Positions 1 through 8,901 are shown, counted from the first letter of the stretch. The stretch: DNA of 24,565 bases from a virus (IMGVR_UViG_3300008117_000709:1-24565), one strand, 5' to 3'. Numbers and translations: made by a program. The notes: generated from the letters alone by a model not told the origin.

Positions 1-3
1 TGT

Positions 4-863
4 TTAGCGAGAAGAATTGTTACGGTCATAATCAGCATAACGCTTTATGTACTTTTGGCGCAAGTCTGGGTTATCCCATACCCCTGCGTCGATCAAAGCC
101 TGTTTGCGTTCTGGGCTGATATAGATCTCTTTTCGGGTAGACGGCGCGGCATATTCGCGCTTACCGCCGACCGGGGGTCCACCCCGCTTTTTGGCTTTTG
201 GAGCGTCTTCCACAGTGTCTTCCCCATACCGGTGCGGTAGCCGCTTGGCTACACGATTGTCAAGTTCAATCCAATAATCTTCCGTTGCCGGGTTAAACCC
301 TTCGGAAGCAAGGCGCTTATCAATGGCCTGTACGATGGCCGAGTCTTCGTCGTTACCTTTGGGGTCGTACCAATTGTTGGCACCGATCCACTCTTTGGCA
401 TACGCCGCGACACGCGGGTCTGGACCTTCTTTGCGCGGTTGAACTTGAGTTTGCGCCTTGAGGCTCTCCAACTGCTTGCGACGATCCATGAGCTGGTCAC
501 GGATGGCAAGTGCCTTGGCCACATCTTCGCCCTGACCTTGTTCGATGGCCTTGGCAATGATGCGGTCTACGGTATGGATTTCAGCGCTGGTTTCGTTGAG
601 TCGCTGGTCCGCAGCCTGTTGGTCGTATTCGGTCGTGCGCTTTTCAACGGCTTGCAAGCGGCGTTTGAACTCATCATTCTCTGCCCACCACTAGGTTCCT
701 CTTCGGGTTCCTCGTTGTCCGCATCAGCCAGCCGCTCATCGGATTCATCTTCCGCCGAAGCCTCTGCTTCTAGAGCCTCTTCCTCTGGCTCAGGCGGGGT
801 TTCTGTAACTACGTATTCCTCTTGAGAGGCGTCGTCGTTCTCTGTCAGTTTTTCATTACTCAT
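4..863 (-). pseudogene. Scaffolding-like head protein, interrupted by a frame change near 680-690
   Basis: ORF 567..863 gives an acidic N-terminus (MSNEKLTENDD...EEPEEEP). ORF 4..657 extends upstream in another frame (ENDEFKRRLQAVEKR...) through a coiled coil and WIGANNWY, YWIELDNRV, ISPERKQALIDAGVWD. Position after portal and GroES fits a scaffold. The break may be an assembly artefact. Confidence 0.6.
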
Positions 864-873
864 GGTTTAGCCC

Positions 874-1266
874 TCAGATAAACGCTTTGATGGCAAGCGG
901 GTCACCCACTACGCCACCCACGATGTCTAGGTCGTTAAAGATCACGAAAAGCGCCTCTTCGTCACTACCGAAGGGAACCTTCCACCGATCTCCGCCGTAC
1001 TTGGGAACGCGAACGTAATCGCCCGGTTTGCACCAAGATCCTTCCGGCCAAGACTCCATCGTGTTGCGATTCTTAAAGGCCAACGGCCCAAGGCTTACGA
1101 CCTTGGCAATCTGGGTATTCCAGATCTCCGTCTCTCGCGTTTCGGTGTGCAGAATAATTCCGCCTTCGGACGTACGCTTTGCTGTACGAATCTGCACTAA
1201 AACACGCGAACCAAATGGAATCAAACCCGGCTCTACACTAGGAAAAGCCTGTTCTAACGTAGCCAT
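874..1266 (-). CDS. groES: GroES/Cpn10-like co-chaperonin
   Basis: PFGSRVLV, TSEGGIIL, AKVVSLGP, KPGDYV.VPKYGG, IFNDLDIVGGV follow the Cpn10 pattern. Confidence 0.85.
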   Translation of the reverse strand: MATLEQAFPSVEPGLIPFGSRVLVQIRTAKRTSEGGIILHTETRETEIWNTQIAKVVSLGPLAFKNRNTMESWPEGSWCKPGDYVRVPKYGGDRWKVPFGSDEEALFVIFNDLDIVGGVVGDPLAIKAFI

Positions 1267-1463
1267 TAAATATCCTCTAGGTCGTCTTCTTCTGCTTGTA
1301 GAAGTCGATCAATGTAAGTTAACGCGGCCTGCAACCCGGCGTAAGTGCCCACTGCCTTGCCATACTCAAACGAAGCATCCTTACCCTCAAGCTGCCGCTT
1401 CATCGCGTCGTGTGCGACACGAGCCTTGGCCCGCTCCAATTCATCAATGATGCGTTCAATCAT
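1266..1463 (-). CDS. Hypothetical head-cluster protein (65 aa)
   Basis: Coupled to both neighbours; FEYGKAVGTYAGLQAAL helix typical of small genes upstream of phage GroES. Confidence 0.75.
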   Translation of the reverse strand: MIERIIDELERAKARVAHDAMKRQLEGKDASFEYGKAVGTYAGLQAALTYIDRLLQAEEDDLEDI

Positions 1464-1633
1464 GCGTTCTTTTTACCCTTTGACATTAGCGCGGGCGTTG
1501 CCTTGGGGTCGCCCTTTACCCCTTTGGTCCCTTCGACCATGCCCTTCTTCGGGCCACCGTTCTTCATCTTCTGCCCATCGACGGACATTCCCATCGCGAG
1601 CATCTTGTGTTGGTTCATGTAATCGTTTGCCAT
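1460..1633 (-). CDS. Hypothetical small basic protein (57 aa, MANDYMNQHKMLAMG...KGKKNA)
   Basis: Hand-translated; fills the gap after the portal, AAGGGTG RBS, ATGA overlap with next gene. Confidence 0.65.
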   Translation of the reverse strand: MANDYMNQHKMLAMGMSVDGQKMKNGGPKKGMVEGTKGVKGDPKATPALMSKGKKNA

Positions 1634-1642
1634 AAATCACCC

Positions 1643-4171
1643 TTAAGGATTGATACCCGTACCTGTTGAAACACCGACCTTTTCACCCGTGATGGCTTCC
1701 ATCGCAGCGATCTGCTTGGCCGTATCGTTGTCTTCACGATTCGTAACCAGCTTGACGTTAAGTTCCGCTGCCTGACGTTTGTCGAGTCGGTCCTGTTTAA
1801 GCGCTTCACGCTGCATGTTGTCTTGCGCACGTTGCTGAGTTTGAACTTCCTCGCGCTGAAGTTTGGCTTGCGCGAGCTGCAACTCCGCCTGCTTGACCTG
1901 AATGTTCGCTTGATCCGCCGCAGCCTTGCGCTGCACATCGGCCATTTGAGCGGCGACTTTCGGATCTTGCGGCGCATTCATGCCCTGCATCTCTTGGAGC
2001 ATTCCAATGGCCTGCTGGACAATCTGCGGAATCGCTGAGAACGCTTCTTGCGCATCCGGTACGACACGCTGAGAAGCCGCCGCCAGCATCTGGTCAAATG
2101 AGCGTTTGACCTCTTTGTCCTTCACTTTTTGGAACTCGGAAATATCTCGCCCCGCAGCAGCCGAGGCCACCTCAAATATATGGGTCGCGTACCAAAGAGC
2201 AATATGCTCCTTGATGTGATTAAGAATTGCGGGAATGAATGTCCCCGCTGTGAGCATAGAAGAACCCAGAACGGGGCTCGTGAGATAATCAAGGTGAACT
2301 TGCAAGTGCGCAAGATGGTCTTGTTCTGGGAACGCGCTAACCGGACGCCCCAATGTCGCAGCCACGTTTTCATTGACGGCATTCAACTCCTTCGGGGTCG
2401 GAGCAGGCAGTAGTAGTTCCTTGGGGTTCGGAACGCGCAATTGATTGAGAATGCGCTCCTCTACCTTGCGGATGTCATAGACCTGAGGCAGTGCGAGCGC
2501 ACGCTGGGCAATCGCTTGAACCTGAGCGTAACGCTGGGCCTCGGAGAAGATGTTGGGGTCAGAGACCGGCACCACATCCATCGGGCCGTCAAAGTCTGAA
2601 CGCTTGACGAGCAGTTCACCCGTCTCGTTCTTGACCTCTTCGTCCTCAAGGTACATCTGATTGAGCCGGTGCAGCACTTTAAGCGTGCGACCCATGGCGT
2701 CATGCAATCGCGCATGAATCGCAGAAAACACCGCCATGCCCTGCTCGATGCGGGCCAACTGCGTCCCGACCGGCATGTTGCCTTGGTTCTCAGAGATGTC
2801 TTCAAGCGTAGTCCGTACGACGCCCTTGCCTGCTTCAACCAAGAAGCCAAGCAACTGCATCAAGGTCTGTGAAGGCTGGTTGAACGGAATCGGCATCGCA
2901 ATCTTTCGGATGTCGTCCGAGAACGCGCCGCCTTCGATCTCCTTCACCTCGGTCGGATCAATACGCTCGGACTGACCGCCTTCGCGACCACCCTTGAGCT
3001 TCAACATGCCCGGGAAGTTCGCAATGTGCGCAGAGTCCAAAAGCGCTCTCAGTGCACCCGTCGCCGCAGCCGAAATACCGCCAATCATCTGCGGGATGCC
3101 AATGGGGTACGCCCCGCGCCACGGGACGAAGGGGAACTCAATGATCCACTGCATCTCCTCCATGGTCGGGTCTTCTTCCCGCCAGTTTCGGTAGATGGAG
3201 AGAACCTTGCCCGTGATGTTGTCAATGGACATGATGTACGGCGCTAGACCGTATTCCTCTTCCAGATCCGAGATAACGTACACCTCAAAGATCGTGCGTA
3301 GGCCATCGTCGTTGTAGGCGTTAGAGTTACGACCTTCAATCTTGTTGTTGGCCGTTTCGGACTTTGAGTACTCCGGCTCAACCGACGCCACCGGAAGATC
3401 CACATCCCGGTACATCCCCGAACGCACACGCTGGAGATACTCAATCTCGGTCACGTACTGGACGTGCGTCTTGCGCTCAGCAGAATAAAAATTCGTTGCC
3501 GCAAAGGGCAGATAAACATCATCAATCGCAACATAAAGCGGAACCGGGCGCTTCTTGTTCGCGTCCCACGAGAGCTTCATGTACTGCGCACCGCCAAGCG
3601 GTACCTGAGTCAGAAGTTGCTCCAACTCCGCCCGGAACTCGGGCATCTGCTGCGTCAACTGCCAGTTGAGATACTTTGTCTTACGCTGCGCTTTGGCTAC
3701 TTTGTCAGCGGTGGCTTCACCAAAGATGTAATCCTTCGCAGGACCCTCAGGAGGGAAAAGTTCCTTGATGGCCCTTGCCGAGAAGTCCACGCAGACCTCG
3801 GTGAGCATTGGGTGCACGACTTTACTTGCGCCCTGAAACGAAGCGCCGCCCGGTGCATCATCTCCAAGTCCCGTCCGTCGTAGTCCCTCTTCATACTGCT
3901 CGTCACGCTTTGACCGCGCTTCCTTGTCTTTGGCTATTTGACCCAGCAAATCCTGCGCAACCGAATCCATGTCCGCTTCGGGCATCGACTCAGCAAGGTT
4001 CGCATAGAACTCAGACTCCGCCGCCGGAGCCGTCTCTTCACCAAAGCGGACAATGGCACCGCCGTCCTCGGTGTCTTCTACGTCAGACTCTTCATCCTCG
4101 GGAATCTCCAAAAGCTCACCCAGTTCTTCACCGGCTTCTTCGGTCGGATCTTCCATTTCTTCAGACGCCAT
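1643..4171 (-). CDS. Portal protein (842 aa, P22-like with long C-terminal coiled coil)
   Basis: Directly downstream of TerL; FQGASKVVHPML, ALRALLDSAHIANFPGMLK, MPVGTQLARIEQG, VPVSDPNIFS, AFPEQDHLAHLQVH motifs. Confidence 0.88.
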   Translation of the reverse strand: MASEEMEDPTEEAGEELGELLEIPEDEESDVEDTEDGGAIVRFGEETAPAAESEFYANLAESMPEADMDSVAQDLLGQIAKDKEARSKRDEQYEEGLRRTGLGDDAPGGASFQGASKVVHPMLTEVCVDFSARAIKELFPPEGPAKDYIFGEATADKVAKAQRKTKYLNWQLTQQMPEFRAELEQLLTQVPLGGAQYMKLSWDANKKRPVPLYVAIDDVYLPFAATNFYSAERKTHVQYVTEIEYLQRVRSGMYRDVDLPVASVEPEYSKSETANNKIEGRNSNAYNDDGLRTIFEVYVISDLEEEYGLAPYIMSIDNITGKVLSIYRNWREEDPTMEEMQWIIEFPFVPWRGAYPIGIPQMIGGISAAATGALRALLDSAHIANFPGMLKLKGGREGGQSERIDPTEVKEIEGGAFSDDIRKIAMPIPFNQPSQTLMQLLGFLVEAGKGVVRTTLEDISENQGNMPVGTQLARIEQGMAVFSAIHARLHDAMGRTLKVLHRLNQMYLEDEEVKNETGELLVKRSDFDGPMDVVPVSDPNIFSEAQRYAQVQAIAQRALALPQVYDIRKVEERILNQLRVPNPKELLLPAPTPKELNAVNENVAATLGRPVSAFPEQDHLAHLQVHLDYLTSPVLGSSMLTAGTFIPAILNHIKEHIALWYATHIFEVASAAAGRDISEFQKVKDKEVKRSFDQMLAAASQRVVPDAQEAFSAIPQIVQQAIGMLQEMQGMNAPQDPKVAAQMADVQRKAAADQANIQVKQAELQLAQAKLQREEVQTQQRAQDNMQREALKQDRLDKRQAAELNVKLVTNREDNDTAKQIAAMEAITGEKVGVSTGTGINP

Positions 4172-5672
4172 ACGGATTTACCCTCGGACGCGCATTGACA
4201 ATGAGCCTCGGCTGCAACGGCTTGGGCTTGCTCACACTTATCATATCCTTGTCGGCTAGGAAACGTAAACCTTGGGTGCAAGCATCCATCAAATCGTCAT
4301 GCCGAATGCTGCCCTCGCCGGAGAACGCACAAAGTTGATACAGAAGCGGTTCCGCCCACGAGCGAACCTGACCCTTGCGCTTCTCAGACTCCACAAACCA
4401 GACCATGCCGCTCGCAAAGAGGTGACTCACCATGTGAAGGCGCGTGAGTTTGCTTGCTTTGCCGGGATTGTAAGCGTGCGCGATGATGCCTTCTCTTGCG
4501 AGCATCTGCCGAAGCGAAATTCCGCTGCCTTTGTCTTCAATCACGATGGTATCGGGCTTTCTGCCGCTCCCCAACACCCGTCCGGGGCCAATCATCGGCT
4601 TGATTAAAGGCCGCTGCTCATCATCGCCGTAATAAACCTCACGCTCTTTGTGCACCCGCTTGATCAAATCCGGCATCCCAAGCCGATCTTCCCAACAATC
4701 AAGCAACATGATGCAGGGCTTGTCTTCTTGATGGAATAAACCCAAGACCACACACGCACTCGGGTCGGCATCGGACGTTTTCTTGTCGCGAGTTTGCTCC
4801 GTAAACGCCGTATCCAGACTCAAAACGATGTGTTCAAACACCGGCAAGGGCTTTTTCGCTGGCCATAACTTGACCCAATTGCGCTTAATGATCCCCTGCT
4901 CTTCCGGATTCAGCACTTCGGCGTGAATTTCCTGCCGACCTAGCGTCGTACCCTCAAATTTCAACAATTGCTGCTGGAAAGTCGGCGCTAAGTTCGCAAT
5001 GTTCTCGTACGTCGACGCCCGAACCACCGTTACATCGTCGCCATCGCGCTCAATCAACTCACGAATCAGCGCTTTGGGCTTCGGCGTCGTCGTTGCCACA
5101 ATTCTTGGGTGTTTTCCAAGGCGAAGCGCGAACATAATCATGTCCCACGCCTCTTGGTCGTACTGCCACGCCGCCAATTCGTCGCACCACGCGCCATGCC
5201 ACTGGCCACCACGGAGCCGGTCGGGCGTTTCAGCACTGATCCCTTTGATGAGCGAGTCGTTCTTTAAGATAATTTCCGACAGCGACCGGTTGTATTCCTT
5301 AATCGCACGCTCCGGAATCACCGAAATCAACCCCGAATCACCCTCAAAACACGTATCACGAATGTCCGCAGAGGTCGGCGCACACACCAACCAACGGCTT
5401 TCGGGCCTTTGGAATGCTTGCCACCATACCCACTCTGCCGCAGCCCGCGTTTTTCCCGCACCACGACCGGCAAGCATCAACCAAATGGTCCAATCGCCCT
5501 TCGGGGGAGCCTGATGCTTGTGCCGCTTCTCACACCACTTGGCATGCGCCTGCAACGCAAACAACTCATCGGTCGTGAGCTTGTTTAAATCCTCAAGGAT
5601 CTTCTGCGTCTGCGGGCTCGTTGCCGTAGCCGGGGGTGCGTTAAGCGTGAGGGTGGGGCCCTTCTCGGACAT
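4161..5672 (-). CDS. terL: Terminase large subunit
   Basis: Walker A AGRGAGKT, Walker B region LRGGQWHGAWCDE, motif III ATTTP, nuclease LSLDTA...IEDKGSG...HDDLMDA. Confidence 0.95.
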   Translation of the reverse strand: MSEKGPTLTLNAPPATATSPQTQKILEDLNKLTTDELFALQAHAKWCEKRHKHQAPPKGDWTIWLMLAGRGAGKTRAAAEWVWWQAFQRPESRWLVCAPTSADIRDTCFEGDSGLISVIPERAIKEYNRSLSEIILKNDSLIKGISAETPDRLRGGQWHGAWCDELAAWQYDQEAWDMIMFALRLGKHPRIVATTTPKPKALIRELIERDGDDVTVVRASTYENIANLAPTFQQQLLKFEGTTLGRQEIHAEVLNPEEQGIIKRNWVKLWPAKKPLPVFEHIVLSLDTAFTEQTRDKKTSDADPSACVVLGLFHQEDKPCIMLLDCWEDRLGMPDLIKRVHKEREVYYGDDEQRPLIKPMIGPGRVLGSGRKPDTIVIEDKGSGISLRQMLAREGIIAHAYNPGKASKLTRLHMVSHLFASGMVWFVESEKRKGQVRSWAEPLLYQLCAFSGEGSIRHDDLMDACTQGLRFLADKDMISVSKPKPLQPRLIVNARPRVNPYGV

Positions 5673-5673
5673 A

Positions 5674-5950
5674 TCAGCGATAACGCGAGGTCTTCTTCGC
5701 GATCTTGGACGGCTGCTTTACGAATTGCTTGCCAGCGGCCTTGCCCTCTCGCTTGGCACGAGTTGTTGCCGCGTATTCCGCAGGGGACAGCTTCTTTATA
5801 GCGTTTAGCCAGTAGCTGAGCTTTCCTCGCGGACCATTGCCCTGCGGCGGTGCCTTGTGTGGCCGATGCCTTGATCTGATTAAACAACTTCTTGCGCATC
5901 TCGGGCTTGGTGTAATTACCCGCTGCGTTCACTTTAGATTTCGTTGCCAC
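5674..5950 (-). pseudogene. Out-of-frame fusion of two small basic phage genes (VNAAGNYTKP...WSARKAQL part and LSPAEYAATTRAKR...QFVKQP part)
   Basis: GTG at 5950 reads ATKSKVNAAGNYTKPEMRKKLFNQIKASATQGTAAGQWSARKAQLLAKRYKEA. From ~5800 another frame reads AIKKLSPAEYAATTRAKREGKAAGKQFVKQPSKIAKKTSRYR* to 5674. I recall both as common phage small-protein families. Confidence 0.6.
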
Positions 5951-6488
5951 GGTCAACACTCCATACTTCAGTTTGACGCTTAAGTTTCGGCCAAGTGGCC
6001 TCGGTAATAAACGATTTGTCCAATACTAGCAAATGATTTGTGGGCTGCGCGGTATAACGACCGTTGTCTAACTTGACGAAGTAGAACTCCTTGCCCTGCT
6101 CCGGCTCCTGACTGAAACCATCCAGCATCGGGATTGCGGTGAAGAGGTAGGTACCGGTGTGTTCTTGGCGGGAACGTAGCCGGGTCTTGATACGGGTCCC
6201 TTCGAGAAAGGGGTACTCGGTCGTGCTGAAGTGAATGCCGTAGCAATCCCAAGTCTGTGCGTCGGCGGGGTCCCAAGGGGTCCCTGTGATGGTATGCGCC
6301 AACTTGTGCAGCGGGACGTTCCGGTATACCGCGCCGCATTCCAGCATGACGTGGCAACCCCAAGTGCGACCGGGGTGGGAAACCAGACCAAACCACGCAG
6401 CCCGTAGCCAGTCGGCGTTGCCAAAGGTGTTGGGCTCAACGTAGCAGTACGTGTGCCGGGGTAGGGGTCCCGCGCCGGTATGTAGCAT
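5934..6488 (-). CDS. Conserved hypothetical phage protein (184 aa)
   Basis: Likely start MLHTGAG at 6488; WFGLVSHPGR, VMLECGAVYRNVP, QTWDCYG, KLDNGRYTAQPTN. Confidence 0.75.
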   Translation of the reverse strand: MLHTGAGPLPRHTYCYVEPNTFGNADWLRAAWFGLVSHPGRTWGCHVMLECGAVYRNVPLHKLAHTITGTPWDPADAQTWDCYGIHFSTTEYPFLEGTRIKTRLRSRQEHTGTYLFTAIPMLDGFSQEPEQGKEFYFVKLDNGRYTAQPTNHLLVLDKSFITEATWPKLKRQTEVWSVDRGNEI

Positions 6489-6494
6489 AAACAA

Positions 6495-6522
6495 AAGGTA
6501 ACACAAGTGGGTAGCGTTGCAA
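6495..6522 (-). promoter_or_regulatory. Putative sigma70 promoter giving a leaderless mRNA
   Basis: Minus strand TTGCAA-16-TACCTT with TGn extension; ATG at 6488 lies 6 nt after the -10 box and has no SD. Confidence 0.45.
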
Positions 6523-6762
6523 AAGTGGGGTGGGGGCCTGAAAGTGAAATGTGCAGATGGGACCCGTTGCGCCACCCGTCGATTTGCGTGCGTCCCGTGT
6601 GTCGTCATTCGTCTATTGGCGCTCCGCGCAACGTCTCGCTAGGGACCCACGACCACGCGCCCACATTCGCGCCCATTACTTGCGCCACCGATACCAGTAG
6701 CAGCAGCAGCGGTACAGATTACTAGTCACAATTGCATAGCATTGGCGCGTAGCATTTAACTG

Positions 6763-6791
6763 TTGACATAACAACCTGCTTGCGTTAATCT
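6763..6791 (+). promoter_or_regulatory. Sigma70 promoter with palindromic operator-like spacer
   Basis: TTGACA(6763-68)-17 bp-TAATCT(6786-91); spacer contains CAACCTGCTTG. Confidence 0.75.
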
Positions 6792-6826
6792 GTAGTCGTT
6801 CGATAACTAAACAGGAATTAGCACAC

Positions 6827-7474
6827 ATGATCCGCATATCCACTACATCGAAGCTTGACGGGGTTCGCTCGTGGTCGCTTCAGGCTCGCGAGACTTGTCC
6901 CGGCTCTTTTGGTTCTGACGGTGAGCTTGTCCCGGCATGCGTTGGTTGTTATGCCGTTGGTGGCAACTACCGATATCCGAACGTTAAAGAGCCGCGCATA
7001 GAAAACCGGGAAGACTGGAAGCGCCCGGAATGGGTCGCCGATATGGTCGCCGCGTTGCGTAACGATAGGTTTTTCCGTTGGTTTGATTCGGGCGATATGT
7101 ACGCGCTCGCGCTCGCCGAAAAAATTTATCAAGTAATGGAAGCGAACCCGGATGTTCGGCATTGGTTGCCTACCCGAATGCACAAGTTTCCGAAATTCGC
7201 GGATGTGATCAAGCGCATGCAAGCGCTGCCGAACGTCATGGTTCGCCCGTCATCCGATAGCGTTACCGGAGAATATGTACCGGGTATTCACGGCTCGACC
7301 ATTGTCCCGGCTATTGATCAAGTACCAACGGGCGCGACGTTATGCCATGCCGCCACCAATGCCGGGAAGTGTGGCGCGTGCCGTGCCTGTTATGACAAGT
7401 CCGTAGCCGTCGTCGCCTATGTAGCGCACGGGCGCAGCATGATGAAAGTAATTCGCGAACAGTTAGCCGCCTAA
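6827..7474 (+). CDS. GP88-family (radical-SAM-like, Cys-rich) protein
   Basis: SWSL.A..TCPGS...ACVGCYA, FFRWFDSGD, HWLPTR, C-terminal C...GKCGACRACYD. Confidence 0.8.
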   Translation: MIRISTTSKLDGVRSWSLQARETCPGSFGSDGELVPACVGCYAVGGNYRYPNVKEPRIENREDWKRPEWVADMVAALRNDRFFRWFDSGDMYALALAEKIYQVMEANPDVRHWLPTRMHKFPKFADVIKRMQALPNVMVRPSSDSVTGEYVPGIHGSTIVPAIDQVPTGATLCHAATNAGKCGACRACYDKSVAVVAYVAHGRSMMKVIREQLAA

Positions 7475-7494
7475 CCAACAGGGAGAACTAGCAC

Positions 7495-7701
7495 ATGATC
7501 ACGTATCGACAATTTCGTAGCCTAGTGAATCGTGAAGTAATCCGTCAGTCTGGCATGGGACTAGAGTGTCTCGCCGATTGCGATATATCGGACTATTGGG
7601 ATTCTGATTTTACTGATCAGGAAGCGCAGGACGCGGCCATCGAATGCGCCCATATGGTACTGGCCGAAAACGATTTCCCAATGGATTGCATCGGAGAATA
7701 A
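7495..7701 (+). CDS. Hypothetical acidic protein (68 aa)
   Basis: GGGAGA RBS plus AGCAC motif; in cassette. Confidence 0.75.
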   Translation: MITYRQFRSLVNREVIRQSGMGLECLADCDISDYWDSDFTDQEAQDAAIECAHMVLAENDFPMDCIGE

Positions 7702-7705
7702 GCAC

Positions 7706-7912
7706 ATGAAAGTACGCGCCAATAGTTGGTATACCTACCGTCCTGCGCTCATCGACCAATGGAACGCATGCACTACGCTACGACCGGGCGACCGGGTACA
7801 GGTAAGAAAAGCGCCCGGATGTCCGCCACCCAATACCATGGGCCATGCTCACGTTTACGACGAGACCGGGAAGCTGCGCGGCCTAGTTCACACGGCTAGC
7901 CTGACGCGCTAA
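7706..7912 (+). CDS. Hypothetical protein (68 aa, PGCPPPNTMGHAHV motif)
   Basis: GGAGA RBS plus AGCAC motif; ends before terminator. Confidence 0.75.
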   Translation: MKVRANSWYTYRPALIDQWNACTTLRPGDRVQVRKAPGCPPPNTMGHAHVYDETGKLRGLVHTASLTR

Positions 7913-7932
7913 CAAGTTTTCGGTGCTAACAC

Positions 7933-8484
7933 TCAGGGGGCTTCGGCCCCCTCTTTTTTCTCAGGCGTGACATCTATGGTTATGCCGCGCTCCAGTATTC
8001 CGGCGAGTCCGGTCAAGATTTCGGTGCGCTGCTGAATTTCAATCGGGCCGCCGTCTTTGCCGGTTAGTTCTACCTGTTGTCGGTCGCTCCACCCTAATCG
8101 GGCCTTTGCCAAAAAGATTGCAGCGGTATCGGATCCGGCAATCGCCCGTTGAGCGAGCGACCCTACTACGTCGGTCATCATTCGGGTGCGACCGTGTTTC
8201 ATCTCGTCGTCGTAGTGTTCGCTCAGAGTTTCGGGCGATACCTTCAACGCTTCGCATACTTGCCTGACCGTGAATCCGGCTAGGGACATGGTGGCGACGG
8301 TCTGGGCAAGTGTCGGGTTCGGGTGCGTTCCCTTCGGTCGTCGCCCGTCTTTTGTGTCCGTTACGTTATTAAGTAACGCTTGGTCGCCTTTCGCTCTAGG
8401 ATCGGTTTTAAGCGGTCGGTCTGCCACCCCGCTACCCACGCCTAGGGTCTGTGTCTCCGTCGCCTCTAATGCCTTCTCCGTCAT
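7933..8484 (-). CDS. terS: Putative terminase small subunit
   Basis: GAAGGAG RBS before ATG 8484; HTH (GFTVRQVCEALKVSPETLSEHY), GSDTAAIFLAKARLGW and QVELTGKDGGPIE motifs typical of TerS. Confidence 0.7.
   Translation of the reverse strand: MTEKALEATETQTLGVGSGVADRPLKTDPRAKGDQALLNNVTDTKDGRRPKGTHPNPTLAQTVATMSLAGFTVRQVCEALKVSPETLSEHYDDEMKHGRTRMMTDVVGSLAQRAIAGSDTAAIFLAKARLGWSDRQQVELTGKDGGPIEIQQRTEILTGLAGILERGITIDVTPEKKEGAEAP
7935..7959 (+). terminator. Rho-independent terminator
   Basis: AGGGGGC-TTCG-GCCCCCT perfect 7-bp stem with cUUCGg loop, then CTTTTTT; overlaps the 3' end of terS. Confidence 0.85.
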
Positions 8485-8577
8485 CTTTACGCGCTCCTTC
8501 GGTTCAGCCCGTAGCCTGTGGGTATTGTGCCTCCGGCAAAACATAAAAACAATACCGAGTTCGATAAATTCTCTACC

Positions 8578-8813
8578 ATAAGAACTAATTAGAACGAATT
8601 CCGGTGATGTAAGTCGTTGATTGTCATAGATAAATACATTAAAAAAAAATTAATATCTATATACCCTCCTATCCTTTTCCTACTCTACCCCCTTGTGTTG
8701 TTTCATAGTTTTTCTTTGCTCTTTTTTCCCCTTATGTTCCAAACAATAACTAATTAATTATTCCGACTCCTTACTTTTCAATGACTTACAATTAATTAGT
8801 TCATTTGTTCTTA
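8578..8813. promoter_or_regulatory. AT-rich noncoding element with inverted IHF-like sites (candidate origin or packaging site)
   Basis: 8610-8622 reverse complement AATCAACGACTTA matches WATCAAnnnnTTR; 8776-8788 TTTCAATGACTTA has one mismatch; repeated AACTAATT. Confidence 0.55.
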
Positions 8814-8901
8814 AAAGGATTTTATCGATTCGCAAAACAGTCATAAGCAACTAAGAAAAATCAGGACATACGATTTTCACCCCTAATTTGCAAAAAATCT
8901 C

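Noticed and set aside
1823-5514. Many 60-180 aa shadow ORFs over portal and terL (also over primase, TPR and AAA genes)
   Set aside because: Antisense or alternate-frame ORFs with no recognisable motifs, as expected at this GC content.
6693-6710. CAG/AGC triplet run
   Set aside because: Only about five imperfect units; too short to call a functional repeat.
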